DNA of 64,000 nt from Isurus oxyrinchus (GCA_026770705.1 JANJGN010000012.1:29946001-30010000); one strand, 5' to 3'. Positions 42,201 to 57,200 are shown, counted from the first letter of the stretch. The notes: a model not told the origin generated them from the letters alone. Numbers and translations: made by a program.

Positions 42201-45200
42201 CCTGTGCTCCAGGGAAAATAACCCCAGTCTATCCAATCTCTGCTCATAACTAAAACCCTCCAGCCCAGGCAAGATCCTGGTAAATTTCCCCTGCACTGTC
42301 TCTATTGCAATCATATTCTTCCTTTAATGTGGTTTTCAGAACTGCACACAATACCCTCGCTGTGGCCTAACCAACGGTTTATACAGTTCCAGCATAACCT
42401 CCCTACTTTTATATTCTACGCCTCAGCTAATAAAGGCAAGTATCCCATATGCCTTCTTAACCACCTTATCTACCTGTCCCGCTACCTTAAGGGACCGGTG
42501 GACATGTACACCAAGGTCCCTCTGATCCTCGGTACTTCCCAGGGTCCTACCATTCATCGTGTACTCCCGTGCCTTGTTTGTCCGGCCCAGGTGCATCACC
42601 TCACACTCATCTGGATTAAATTCCATTTGCCACTGATCAGCCCATCTGACCAGCCCGTCTATATTCTCCAGTAATCTAAGGCTATCCTCCTCACTATTTA
42701 CTACCCCACCAATTTTTGTGCCATCCGCGAACTTACTGATCAACCCTCCTGCATTCAAGTCTAAATCATTTATATATACCACAAACAGCAAGGGACACAA
42801 CACCGATCCCTGTGGAACCCCACTGGACACAGGCATCCAGTCACAAAAACACCCCTCGATCATCACCCTCTGCTTCCTGCCACTCAGCCAATTCTGGATC
42901 CAATTTACCAAACTGCCTTGGATCCCATGGGCTGTTACCTTCGTTATCAGTCTCCCATGTGGGACTTTATCAAAAGCCTTGCTGAAGTCTAAGCAGGCTA
43001 CGTCAAATGCATTACCCTCATCTACACACCTGGTCACTTCTTCGAAAAATTCAAATTGGTCAGACAATGACCTCCCCTTAACAAAACAATGCTGACTGTC
43101 CTTGATTAATCCCTGCCTCTCCAAGTGTAGATTAATTCTGTCCTTCAGAATTGCTTCCAATATTTTCTCCACCACTGAGGGTGGACTGACTGGCCTGTTG
43201 TTCCCTGGTTTATCCCTTCCTCCTTTCTTGAATAATGGTACCATGTTGGCTGTCCTCCAGTCCTCTGGCACCTCTTCTCTGGCCAGAGAGGTATTGAAAA
43301 TTATTGCCAGCGCCCCTGCTATCTCCTCCCTTGTCTCACTCAACAGCCTGGGATACATTTCATCCGGGCCTGAAGATTTATTTACTTTTAAGCCTGCCAG
43401 ACTACTTAGAATTTTTTCCCTTTCTATGCTAATTTCCTTAGTTATATTACAGTCCTTCTGCCTGATTTCCATACCCTTGTCGTCCCTCTCACTTGTGAAC
43501 ACTGATACAAAGTATTCATTTAGAACCCTACCTACGTCTTCCGGCTCCACACACAAATTACCACTATGGTCCTTAATGGGCCCTACTCTTTCCCTAGTTA
43601 TCCTCTTACTCCTAATGTAAAATAACTTTGGATTTTCCTTTATTTTACCTGCCAATGATTTTTCATGCTCCCTTTTTGCTCTCCTAATTTTGTTTTTTAA
43701 GTTCCCCCCAACACATTCTATACTCCTCTGGGGCTTCTGCTGTTTTGAGCACTCAGTATCTGCCATTAGCCTCCCTTTTTCTCTTTATCCAATCCTGTAT
43801 ATCCCTCAACATCCAGGGTTCCCTGGATTTGTTGGTCCCACCCTTTGTCTTTACTGGAATATGTTGGCTCTGTACTCTCCCTATTTCCTTCTTGACTGAG
43901 TCCCACTGCTCTGACGCAGATTTACCTAAAAGTAGCTGCTCCCAGTCCACTCTGGCCAAATCATATCTGATCTTACTAAAATCGGCCTTCTCCAAATTTA
44001 GAACTCTGATTTCTGGCCCATCCTTGTCCTTTTCCATAACAAACTTGAATCTAACGGAGTTATGATCACTATCTGCAAAATGTTCCCCCACTGATACCTC
44101 TACCACTTGCCCGGCTTCATTCCCTAAAATAAAGTTCAGGACCACTCCCTCGCTTGTAGGACCTTCTACGTGCTGGCTTAAAAAGCTCTCCTGGATGCAT
44201 TTTAAGAATTCCGCTCCCTCTAAACCTATCACACTATGACCAACCCAGTTAATGTTGAGAAGTTGAAATCCCCCACTATTACTTTATTTTTACACTGAAC
44301 TATCGAGAGGTGGAAGTAGATTTCTCCCCATGCAGACTTTGGGCAGTGAGCCGGTGGAGTGCACCATTCAGTCACCCAAAGACATGTCACTGTATCCCTC
44401 TCCGCAGATGCTGTCAGACCTGCTGAGTTTTTCCAGGTATTTTTGTTTTTATACTTTATTCCTCCACAGGCTGCATTGCAGCAGTCTTTGCCAATGAAAT
44501 CTACACCTAAATCACTGGTGTGAACTTAGCTTAGTTACTGCTGTAATCATGCTAAAGACTGATGAAAAATTTAAGTCTTTTTCAATTAGATGTAATTAAG
44601 TTTTTAATGGAGTAGTATGCCAGAATTACTTCTGAATACCCAATTTAGCCCTGATAATAAAATTTTATTAGCGTGAAACCACATTCCCTCAGAAGAAAAT
44701 TATGTTGTAGAACTTTAAAAAAACAAAAATCAAAATAATTCTTATGTAGCTGTTGTGTTTTGCTCCTTTATGTCTTTCCCTTAAGTCAAATGTATGAACC
44801 AAGCCTTATTTCAGTTTCTGTGCAATGACTTAAATTTAATAGATGTTTCCTGTTTATTATTTCCTGCTTTGTCTTCTATGAGGATATTTAAATCTAGTTG
44901 GTTAACAACTTTCCTGCTCGACTGAGAGGGTGCCAAATTCAAGCTGATAGTGGAAGAATAGAAATCTCTGCTGGCAAAGCCATTAACAGTCTGTGGACAA
45001 CTGTAAATGAGTGAACAGCGAAAGCTGTTCCTTTACCATTCTCAGCCAAATCTGAGCTAATAATTTGTTTTGCATCTTTTTCTTTTATAGTGGAACCCCC
45101 CATTGTACCTGTTACAGTCAATCCAAATCAAGAAACACAGGCAAAAGAATTTAATGTAACCTTCACTATGCTTACACTGTCATTCACACCAAGTCTACAA

Positions 45201-48200
45201 AATCTCAGTTCACCGTTGTACATTGCAAAATCAAGCAACATTCGTGAAGAGGTATGTTATTTAAGTCATTTGGAAAGAAAATCTTATATTTCATTGAATT
45301 TCTCAAGCTAAAATGCAACATTTTAATTTTCTACAGCTCAATAACCTGTATGCCAATAGCAAAGTAAAATCAACATTCTTGCGTTGTCAGTCTGTATCTT
45401 TCAGGTAAGAAATTAAATATTACTCCAAAAACTCCAAGTTAAACTGAATCCATGACATATATTGATGTTCCAGTGACCTGGACTTATTACATAAAACAAA
45501 AATAAAATTATAGAAGTGTTAGAAAATGACTTTCTCAATGTCATGGTCTGATCAGGTAATTTCCTAACTGCATTGTTTCAATCCCCACACATCCAACCTT
45601 CCTCAATCTAACAGAATTGGTCCTACTATCCATCTCACAAAGTGAAAGTCACCTCAAATTACTGTAAGTGTGCGACTGTGAAATACTTCCTCCATCTTGG
45701 CTCTGTGAGAATCATTTGCCTCAGACATTGAATAATGTACTGTAGATGAACAGGGGATGCCATAAGAACATAACATTACAAAATCCTGAAATAATAGGGC
45801 AGAGAAAACTGCAGAGTATTGAGTTTGACAGAGCTACGCCAATATACTTGTTAATTATTACCTTATTCGAGACAAAAAATAAGATCAGACAATATGGCCA
45901 GAATTTTATGTGTTCCCCCCCCACACCACCTCCCCCCACAACTGTCCACCCCAAGGAGGAGAGGGGGAGGCGTTGGGTAAGGGACCTGGCAGGTTGGGGG
46001 CATAAAATTGGGCACCATATTAGCAGCACCATGCCTGTTGTCTCTGATATTTTACCAACAGTGGGAGAGATCTTGGGCAGCCTGCTTATCTATGGGCCAA
46101 CTAAGGCTCTAAAGTGCCCAGCTAATAGCCAATTAAAGGACTCTTGCCCCTGCCAATGATATTTTACCAGCGGCACAGGGTGTCCAAGTCACTTGGCGAG
46201 GTTACCTGGTAAAACCTGGCAGCATTGTTAAAACTAGGGAGGGGGAAGGGTGGTTCCTATTCAGGCACCCTGTGCCAAATGAAAATCTCTCTGAAGTACT
46301 CTTCCCCTACCATGTGAGTCGCCTTTCTGCGCACCCAAACCCAGCCTTTAGCCCCCTTGTTGGGGACTGCCATTGGCCCCTGCAGTACCCTGGTATAACC
46401 TGGATATCCAGCTCCATGACTCTTCTTGATATGTCTGTCCCAGTGGCACTGTTAGGATGAGAGAGCTACTGGCCATCTGATTGGCTGGCAGCTCTTGGAG
46501 GCAGGACTCGTGCCCTTTCCAATGGGGGAAGAAGTTCTGCCCCCAGCAAATTAACGAGCTGACAGCTGTTATGTTGGTAGGGGCAACCTGAAAAATCAGA
46601 GGTGGGTTTGACCCAACTTTTAAGCCGGCCTATCGTTTCTGTGTAAAATTCCCACTAAAAATCATAGTATGTTCTTTCAGCCTCAGATGTAAATGCAGCA
46701 AGTACAAAGGATTTGCAATGAAACAAAGTTATTGAGGAATGTCCTTTTGGATGTAGGAAAGTGATGGAGAACACATCCAATCACAATGCTTTGTCCAGTG
46801 AGTTTAAGATTCTTGTACTGCAAGGCTTCAGCAACTTTCTGTTGACCTGGGTCAGGACCAAGTGCAACACATCCACTAAACTGGTATTGAGTTCTGGAGT
46901 AATCCTCCTACCACTGAATAACCTCAGCCTTCTCAATGTGTACAGCCACCAAAATGTACAGAACTGTGAAAAATCCTCACTGTCTTTTCAAACACCACAT
47001 AATGTACCAACATTCAAAAGAAAATTATTATTTAGTTGACTTCAGAAATCTAATCCGCAAACAAATTCTGAATGGAGCTTTCTAATGTTGAAAACTAGTG
47101 ACCTGGAATTTGTCGAGTTTCTGATGGTGACTAGTCAGCTTTCACCATCATTACAGGGCAGGTTAATGCAGAAATCCTGAAGCTGCAGCGTGTGATTCAT
47201 TGCTCTGCCAGGTCAGGAGCAAAATGAAGCTGCACCATGGATCCACCAACACTATTCCCCACTCATGCATATCGACCCCACACATCCCACCCATCCACCC
47301 TCCAACTGCAACCCCCCCCCCCCCCCCCCCGCCGATCTATCCATAGCCAGCAATCAGTGAAATCAATCGATTTGCCAAAAACTCCCCTTTTCCACTCTCA
47401 TATCACTGTAAGAAACCCCCAGAAAGTTAAGCTGTTTTCAATGAGGCGTCAATATCAGTGCTCAACGGGCAGAATTTTACATTCGTGTGCGGGCACGCGC
47501 CCAACATGCCGGAATGTTGTTTAGGTTTCCTAAAGCTAATACTGATTATATGAAAACTTTATTTTAAAAATAAAAACATGTCCCATCTCATCTGAAATAG
47601 TCACATGGGGGGGTCATGTTTCATTTAATTTTTAATGCTTCTAATAATGTCTTTAAAAAACGCTTCAGTCTCCGTGCCTCAGGGAGATTGAAATGCCTTT
47701 TCGCATGCATGCGCGAAAGAGCATTGGACCCGACTCTCCCTCCTTCCCACCACCATCACACCACCCCCCACCCCTGCCCGCCCGCACAGGTCTGCTACCA
47801 CTCATTATCCATGCTAGGTGGGCCTTAATTGGCCTGCCCCATGAAATCGCTGTGCCAAGCCGATCACGGACGGCTCCACGATCACCCCCGCCTGCTCCTA
47901 CTGAGCCTGCCCGACCGATGTAAAATCCTGGCCAATATTTCTAACTTAACTCCATGTGAATGTCACAATCTTTATTTTGCTCTCTGTAAATTTTTTTTTA
48001 AAGTGATTTGGTTATATATGCTATTAATTTCCTGATTGGCTGTCTATAAGTATTCTTTAATGCAAATGGCTACTGGGATAGCTGGGGCTGATGTTATTGC
48101 AGCCTGGCGATGGGAATCCCCATAAAGTAATGTTACAATCAATTGCTTATTGAAAGAGTGAAATTTCTCGCCAGAGAAATTGCAAAATCTCTCAACGAGG

Positions 48201-51200
48201 CTTTCTATGAGCTGAATGGCTAGTGCTCTTGCTTTGCTGCTGACCACAAAACCCCAGCCATTCAATCATTCAGCGTAATGTTTAAAATTTTAAAACAATT
48301 TAACCACCTGGTGTTTGTATGTGGCAGACCTGCAAGTGATGGAAACAGTACGGTTGAGGCAATCTGCACTTTGAGTGCTAATGCCCAGCAAGTTGATAAA
48401 GTTCTACTCTACCATGAATTCCGAGACAACACAGGGGGCATTGACACCTTAGGAATATATTCACTAGACAGCAACAGCCTCCTTGTCAATGGTAAATGGT
48501 CATTTTAATTAAATATCTATTTAATTTTGCATACACTGTAAGTGGTTGAATCTTTATTTCAGAGGCATTCTTTCTCGTGCTGCTCTTTCATCCTGCAACC
48601 ACCTCACTTGCAAACAATGCTCTGTACTCACTAATCACTTGGCTCACCTCAGCCCTGATTCTCTGCTACTCTTGATCTGTTGACTTCCTCACCCTGGGTC
48701 TGCTGCCTCTCACTCACTCTTATCCACTCCTGATGATTTGATCCCATCTTTCTATTGCTGTGTTGGCTCTTGCTTATTCATTGGTGAAGCTAAAAGATAA
48801 ATGAGCAAAAGCAGTCATTGTTACTTCCATTTTAGAATTTTGAGTAGTTCATTTTAATCCAAAATATGTGACTTCCTATCCAAGCCATTACATGTATCTG
48901 ACACTTGTTTAATTTATATCTGACTCATGTAATTAATTGCAATTTTAAAGGCAAGTATTTTAACTAGCTTAAGTTTTCCTTTCCATTGTTTGATTTTTCA
49001 GGTTACCATGAATCAGCTGTTTTAACCAGTAAGTATGATAACTATCTCTGTCCAGTTAATATTGCTGTTTAATATCTCTACCAGGTACCCATTGAATTAG
49101 TTTCACATGTAATCTTATGACAGCTTGACTTGAGTCAAAAATCACATTATGAAGACTTGTTCTGTGTCACAGTGAAATTATAAGCACATTCTCTAGAGCT
49201 CTGTTTAGGAACACGCTAGAACTAATACACAAAATAAACATTCACTATTGTGCCAGCCGTGTATCAGTTGGTAGCACTGCCACCTATGCGTAAGAAGCTT
49301 GCAGGTTCAAGTCCCACTGCAGGACTTAAGTGCAACAATCTACACTGGCATTCTTGTGCAGTGCTGCACTGTCAGTGTTGCAGCCTCGCTACTGGAAGTA
49401 AAAGATTCCACACAATATTTTGAAAAAGAGCAGTGAGTTATCTCTCAGCCAATATCACAAAAACAGTTTATCTGGTCATGATCACTTTGCTGTATATGGG
49501 TTTCCTGCATTAAAGCAATTACTACACTTTGAAAAAGTGCTTTGGGACATCTTATGATCACAAAAGGTACTACATAAGTGTAAGAATTTTCTCTTTACTT
49601 TATTGTAGGACTTAAACTGAAAGCTAAATACGATTGCCTGAAAGCATATTGGCCAGGATTTTCCAATCCTGTCCACCACTGGGATCTTCCAGTTCCTCCA
49701 AAAGCCAATGGATTTTTGGCTGGCCCACTGCATCCCCCACAGCGGATCCTGCCAATGTGGGGCTGGAAAATCCTGGCCACGGTTTAAACTTTTAAAATTC
49801 AGAAATGGAAATTCCAGTTGCTGAAAGGTCTGATGAGTGGGTAACATGGGAATTAAAAATAAAATCTAGTGCTCAATAAACCATCATTCAGTCAGTATAG
49901 CCAGTGACCACACTGAGCAAGTAGTTTTTTTAACTCAGATGCTTGTATATTTGCTACAATTGTAACAGTACAATTATACATTCATTCCTTTCTTTATTGA
50001 AAAAGGCACTGTCCATTAATGTTGCCAAAAAGTTTACACCTCAGCTGACTGATGAGTTCCCGCGAAATCTGCTTAGTCAAAATGCTAGGTAATAAAATGC
50101 AATCTATTTCTAGCTTGATAAAAAAATGAATTTGTGTAGAAAATTAAACATCACACACAACTGTCCTTTTAATCATATTCCCAGGTTTTCAATGACATAA
50201 ACAGGAAGAGATTGGTTATAGAATGAGATATGTGAGATATTAGTGTATGAATGTTTAACATTTACACCTGAAATTTATTTTGGCTATCTTAGTGGAAATG
50301 TCAACCCTTCAAAATAAATGTGTTTTAATATGTCTGCTAAAATATCAAACAGTGGGATTTCAGGTAACTGTATTGAGGAAGAAGAGGAAGATGTAATCAG
50401 AATGACAGGAGACTTGTGTGGAGCATAAAAATGCATAGACCACTTAGGCTGAATGGACTACTTCTATTCTGTACATTCTGGGCAAGAAATTGAGCTTGAT
50501 ATTACCCAATATTTGAGCACTTTAAATGCCCATAGAGATAAAAAATGGTGTCTGCAATACATTCTGCCGAATGCCATCTTGGTGCTGTTGTTAGCATGTG
50601 TACAGTGTATGACAAATGAAATTATAGAGAGGAGGCAGATTGTGAGATCAATCAACATGCACCACTGATTCGAGCACAGCACTGCCATTTTGGAGCTCAA
50701 TGCCCCAGCCAACTCATATAGCTTATTGTCACCCTCCATAACAATATACACCCGTTTTAATAACAGCAACAGAAACATTGACAAATACACAGACCTCCTT
50801 GGTAGAACAGACCTCTACATCAACTCCTGCCTCAACAAGTACAGTTGCACCAACAACTACAGTGAGTTCTATGAAAGCATTGACAACTAAAGAAAACACA
50901 ATCATAACATCACTCACTTCAACAAGTGGTGAGTACATGAGTGCTCTCTTTTCAGTGATACTATTCCAATTCCTTTTAATCTACTGCAAGTTCAAAAACA
51001 TAAAGTAACATCTGATGATTATTGTTTTATTACTAAGTTGAATTATGTATGAGTTCTAAGAAAATGATTTTTGTGCTAAATGTTTGGATGTTATTCCAAA
51101 GTTTTTGTATACCTCATTAAGTCAATAATCACTTTAATAACAGCAGCATCAAAATCTTTGGCTGCAAACATATACGCAGCCATCCACTGCAACACCAACC

Positions 51201-54200
51201 TCTACATTAGCTCTACAATTACGACATTGTACTCAACAAGTGCAATAGCACCAGCAACTACAGCAAGCTCAACTATAGCACTGACAACTGAAGTAACAAC
51301 AATCACATCATCGGTCCCTTCAACTAGTGATGAGTGAACTAGTGATCTCTGATCAGTTGCGCCATTCTAATTCCTTTAACTGTATCGCAAGTTTAGGACC
51401 ACATTACAGAAAAATAACAATCCTTTCAGTCTGTGGGAAGTTGAAAGCACAACCTGGAAGTGACAAAAGGTTATGGTAGTATGTTGTTGGCCATAATTAC
51501 ACATTGGAGAATCAAGTGCAAATGACATTAAGTGCTCTACCACTGTTGCAATCTGGTGATGTTACATTACTCAGGAATTTTCATTAATAATGCATTATAA
51601 AAATATATAGAGCACGACATTTGTACCAAAATATTAATATATTTTTTCATGCTTTTCATTTGCCTAAATAACAATATACACCTATTTTACATACAGTAAC
51701 CTTGACTGCAAGTACACAGATCTCCACTACAGCACTAACCTCTACATTAGCTCCTACCTCAACAAGTTCAATAGCATCAACAATTACAGTGAACGCTACT
51801 GAAATATCAACAACTGAAGAAATGTCAGTCACTAAACTACTCTAATCCACAAATGGTGAAAATGCAAAAGCTCTCTGTTCAGCCATTCCATTATGATTCT
51901 GTTCAATCTACTGAAAATTAGAAACTCATACTAGAAAAGTAACTAAAGATTACAGTAGTATGTTGGCTATAATTATGAATGGAAGAATCAAGAACAAATG
52001 ACTCGGTGCTTTACTGATTTTGTAACATGGCTATGTTACATAACTCAGTAACATAGAGCATAACATTTGTTCAAAATTATTAATATGTTTTTCCAAGCCT
52101 TTTTGCTTTCCAAAATAACAATGTCAACTTTTTAAAATAACAGCAGCAGAATCATCAACAGCGAATACACGGATCTCCACTGCAGCCCAAACCTCTGTAG
52201 CAGCTCCTGCTGCAACAAGTACAATAGCACCAACAACTACAGCGACCACAATTGAGGAATCAACAACTGAAGCAACAACATTGACAACATTACTCCCTTC
52301 AATAAGTGGTGAGTACACATGTGCTCTCTTACCAGTTGTACAATTCTGATTCCTTTCCACCATCTTCAAGTTTAATAAGACATAATTGAAAATTAGAAAA
52401 AGATTATAGTTGTACATTATAGGCTACAAGTATATATGGGAGAATAATGTGCAAGTGATATTTTGTGCATTGTTGCTGCTGCAACATGGCTAAATTGTGT
52501 TATTTATAATTCACTATATATGGGTTTCAACAAAACATCAAGTATAACTTTTGAGCAATAATCTTAATGTGAATCCATTCGGAATCCTTTCAATCTGCTG
52601 GATATATGTTATAATCCTGAAAAAGTGACAAAAGATTATAGGAGTATGTTGTTGGCCCTAATTACACATGGGAAAATCATGTTCAAATGACACTTGGTGC
52701 TCGACTGTTGTTGCAACCTGGCAATGCTATGTTACTCAGTAGTTTTCATTATATATGCATTATAACAAAACATATAGCACAACATTTGTGGAAAACATTA
52801 ATACATTGTTTCGTGCTTTTCATTTGTTTCAAGAATATACATCAAATTTAATAACAATGGCAGAGTCTTCAAGTGCAAATACACAGGTCTCTATTGCAGC
52901 ACCGACCTCTACATCAGCTCCTGCCTCAAGCACAATAGCACCAATGACTACAGGGATTTCAACTGAAGCATCAATAACATCACTCCCTTCAACATATGGT
53001 GAGTAGACATGTGCTCCTTTCTCACTTTTACCTCTGGTTCCTTTGAATCGACTGTAACTTCAGAAGTGCATAATGGAAATGTAACAAAAGATTATAACAT
53101 GATGTTGTCTACAACTACACAGAGTAGAATAATGTGCAAATGCCATTTGGTGATTACTACTATTAAGCAGGATTATGTTACAATATTAAGTATGTTGCAT
53201 TACAGATGCATCTAAGAGGGTAATTTTTGGGCTACATTGTTCATATTTTATTCCATGCTTTTTATATATGTCATTAAGTGTATCACTTTTTTTAATGAAA
53301 GCAGCAACAGAAGCTTCAACTGCAAATACATATACATCCACAGAAGCACAAACCTCGACAACAGCTTCTGTCTCAACAAGTACAATAGCACCAACAACTG
53401 CAGTGAGCTCCACTGTAACAGCAACAACTAAAGCAACAACAGGCACTACACCACTCCCATCAACAACTGGTGAGTGTACGAGAGCACACTTTGCAGCTAT
53501 TCCATTTTGAATCTTTTCAATCTACTGGATATTAGAAACACACACTGGAAAACTATCAAAAGGTTTAGTAGTATGTTGTTGGCTTTAATTACACATGAAC
53601 AAGTACAATAGTACCAACAACCACAGCACACTATTCCAATGCATCGGCAACTGAAGCAACATCACTCCCATCAATAAGTGGGCAGTATATGACAGCTCTC
53701 TTATCAGGCATTCCATTCTGATTCCTTTCAATGAATTCAATGTTTAGAAACACATGATGGAAAAATACCACAAATTATAGAATGATGCTGGCTACAAACA
53801 TGCAGAATAGAATAATGTGCAAATGACATTTGACAATTACTGCTATTGTAACATCTCTATGTGTATGTTACCATGAAAATTGCACTTTATGAGTTTTAAC
53901 AAAGCGACTTTTGTGCTTTAATATTAGTATGTTGTGCCGTGCTTTTTGTTCACCTCATCCGTGATATCAACTATTTTAATAACAGCAACAGAGACTTTGA
54001 CTGAAAATATACAGACATCCGCTGCAGCAACAAACTCTACATCAGCTCCTGCCTCAACAAGTACAATAGCACGAATAAGTAAAGTGAGCTCTATGGAAGC
54101 ATCAACAACAGAAGCAACAACAATTATGCCATCACTCCTTTCAACAAGTGGTGAGAACATGAGTGCTCTCTTGTTAGTTATACAATTCTGATTCCTTTCC

Positions 54201-57200
54201 ATTTTCTGATCAGTTTCTCCTGGTCTTCAAATGTTCGTTAACCATTCCCTACTGCAGCCAGAATGCACCTAAATCCTGTCTGGCTTTAAGAAGTGAAGGC
54301 TAGCTTTATTGAGGTAGTCTCACAGGAAATTATGCCCACTTGCGAAGCGTGTAGCCACTGAACAATGGATTCAACACTGTGTTGCATATCATAATCATTA
54401 TAATTAACAGGCTGCATAAAGTTTGCATGCTGCCTGCGTTACATTGAATGGACACAATTGGGTGTTGCAGTCCCTGCGCCCAATTTTGGAAGTTATCCAT
54501 CTTAACCATTCTTGTTGGTTCTCCCTTGTCTTCAACTGCTCTTTAGCCAGTTCTATTCCCTACACCAACATCATGCACCTTACCTTTAACAGGACATGTG
54601 CCGATTTGGGGGGGCGGGCTATCTGTTTTAGCACCCTTGGTGGTCTACTGCTGTTAAAATATGCCTTTGTTAGATTACTGAGTAATGTGCGTTATATATG
54701 AGTTTTAACCAAATATAGTGCTACATTATTGCTTTCTGTTTTCCTGAATAACTATGTCACCTCTTTTAATAACAACAGAAACATTATCTACAAGTACACA
54801 GATTTCCACTGCAACACCATACTCTACATCAAGTAAAATTACACCAACACCTTCAGCAAGCTCTACTGAAGTATTGATAACTGAAGCAGCGACAATCACA
54901 AAATCGTCAACTGGTGAGTAAACTAGTGCTCCCTTATCAGTTGTTCAATTCTGATTCCTTTAAATTCACAGCAAGTAGATTAGAAAAGAAACAAACTATT
55001 TTAGTGGTATACGGCCAGCAAAGGATTTGTAAGAGAAAATCAGGTACAAATGACACTTGGTGCTTCTTTGCTGATGTTAGGTCACTGAGTAATTTGCACA
55101 GTATATGAGTTTTAACATAGTAGTATTTTTATAATGCACATAACTTGCTACATTGTTCCTTGTTTTCTGTTTTCCTCAATAACATAATCATATTTTCATA
55201 ACTAAAACAGTAACTTCAGCTGCATATAGACAGACTTCTACTACAGTACAGACCTCCACATCAGCCCCTGCCTCAACAAGCATTGTAGCACCAACAACTA
55301 CAATGAAATCTACTGAAGCATCGATAACTAAAGCAACAACAATCACAACACTCACTTCAACAAGTGGTGAGTACACTATGATTTTATCCACTAGTCCTCC
55401 TGATTCCATTCAACCTACTGCAAATTTAGAAACAATAATGAAACAATAACAAAACATTGCCTAGTATGTTGTCTGCTGCAATAATGTGGAGGAAAATCAT
55501 GATGAAATAACACTTGTTTCTTTGCCATTGCAACAGGGCTGTCAACTCACAGGTTTATTTGCATTATATAAGTGTTTTAACAAATGTTGTAATTGTCTTT
55601 AATGTACAGTTCTTCGTATGTAATTCCAAATTTTCTGTTTGCTTCAATAATATCGTGAACTACCTTCACAGGAACAAGAGAATTATACACTTCCACTGCA
55701 GCAGTGATCTCGACATCAGGACCTGCTCCAAGTACAACTGTACGAGCAACTACAGGGAACTCTACTCAAGCATCAACAACTAAATCAAAAACAATCTCAA
55801 CAACATCATTCACTTCAGCAACAAGTGGGTACATTGTAGCATTATTAACAAGGTCCTGATTTTAACGATCACAACTTGGCATAAATCAGTCAAGCCAGTT
55901 GAAATAGCGGGTGTCAGCTAACCGCACTGATCAACCTTCCTTCCCAGTGTGTCCCCATATTAACCTGCTCTTTTGAGCAGCTGAGCAGGAAACCTTCAGG
56001 AAGAAAGGAGGGTTCAGTTTAACCAAGCAGATTAGGTTTGTTGCTATCATCAGCAGTAACAGAAAAATTGACTCACCATACCCATATTGGGTTACCCCCA
56101 CGCCCCCCCCACCCCCAGTCAAGTAGCTAAAGTTACCTCATGGTGCGGGTCTCTCCCCACCATGTGTAAAAGGCAGCACTGGAATTAGGCCCTTGGATGG
56201 ACATAAACTGAGGAGGCATTTTAAAATTTCTGATAGGTTGGCAGGAAGCTAACCTGCTGGATTTTATATGGCCCTCTCCTTCAAACCCACCAGCGAGGGA
56301 TTGTAAAATCCTGCTCTAGGTTTTTAATGCATTCGTATGCCAGAATTACTTCTGACAACTTCTTTGGCCCTGAAAGAATAATTTTACACATGTGGAATCT
56401 CATTCCCTCAGAAAAAAATAGATGTTGCAGGCTTTAAAATAATTAAAATAATTTTTTATATACGTTTTGTGCTTTGCTCCTTTATGTCTTTCTGTTAATA
56501 GCCTATGTATCAAGCAAGCTCTTTCACTTTCTGTACAATGATTCAGATTTAACATATATTTCCTGTTTATTATTTCCTGCTTTTTCTTTTATGAGGACTC
56601 TTCAACTGATTGATTAAATAGCTTTAGTGCTGCTTTCCAGCTTACACACAAAGGAGAAGGGTGCCATGTTCAAACTGATGGTGGGAGAATAAAAATTTCC
56701 ATTGACAAGACCACTAAAAGTCGGTCAGCAATGGCTCGAAAGGTGAATAGTGAAAGCTGTTCCATTGCCACTGTCAGCTAAATCTGAGCCAATAACTTAT
56801 AATCCTGACTGGGATAGATTTTGATTTTTTGACCTCACTTTGCTTCGCATCTTTTTCTTTTATAGTGGAACCTTCAATTGTACCTGTTACATTCAATCCA
56901 AATCAAGAAATGCAGGCAAAAGAATTTAATGTAACCTTCACTGTGCTTACACTGTCATTCACACCAAGTCTACAAAGTCTCAGTTCACCGTTGTACATTG
57001 CAAAATCAAGCAACATCCGCAAAGAGGCAAGTATGATAGCTGTGTCACTGAGAAGAGAATATTATATTCCATTGCATTTTTCATACTAAAATGCAACATT
57101 TTAATTTTCTACAGCTCAATAACCTGTATGCCAATAGCAACATAACATCAACATTCTCGAGTTGTCAGTCTGTATCTTTCAGGTAAGAAATTAACTATTA

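Noticed and set aside
42423-43766. RT as an active or domesticated enzyme linked to array diversification
   Set aside because: It is an ordinary CR1 with a mutated catalytic motif, frameshift and 5' truncation; array units retain introns, so they were duplicated at the DNA level.
42327-44065. Plus-strand ORFs of 106-172 aa within the LINE
   Set aside because: They are antisense to CR1 ORF2 with no independent coding signal.
47311-47331. Poly-C run
   Set aside because: A simple homopolymer within repeat-derived intron sequence; no evidence of function.
49255-49320. tRNA gene
   Set aside because: The A/B boxes belong to a SINE head; no convincing cloverleaf, and SINE body sequence follows.
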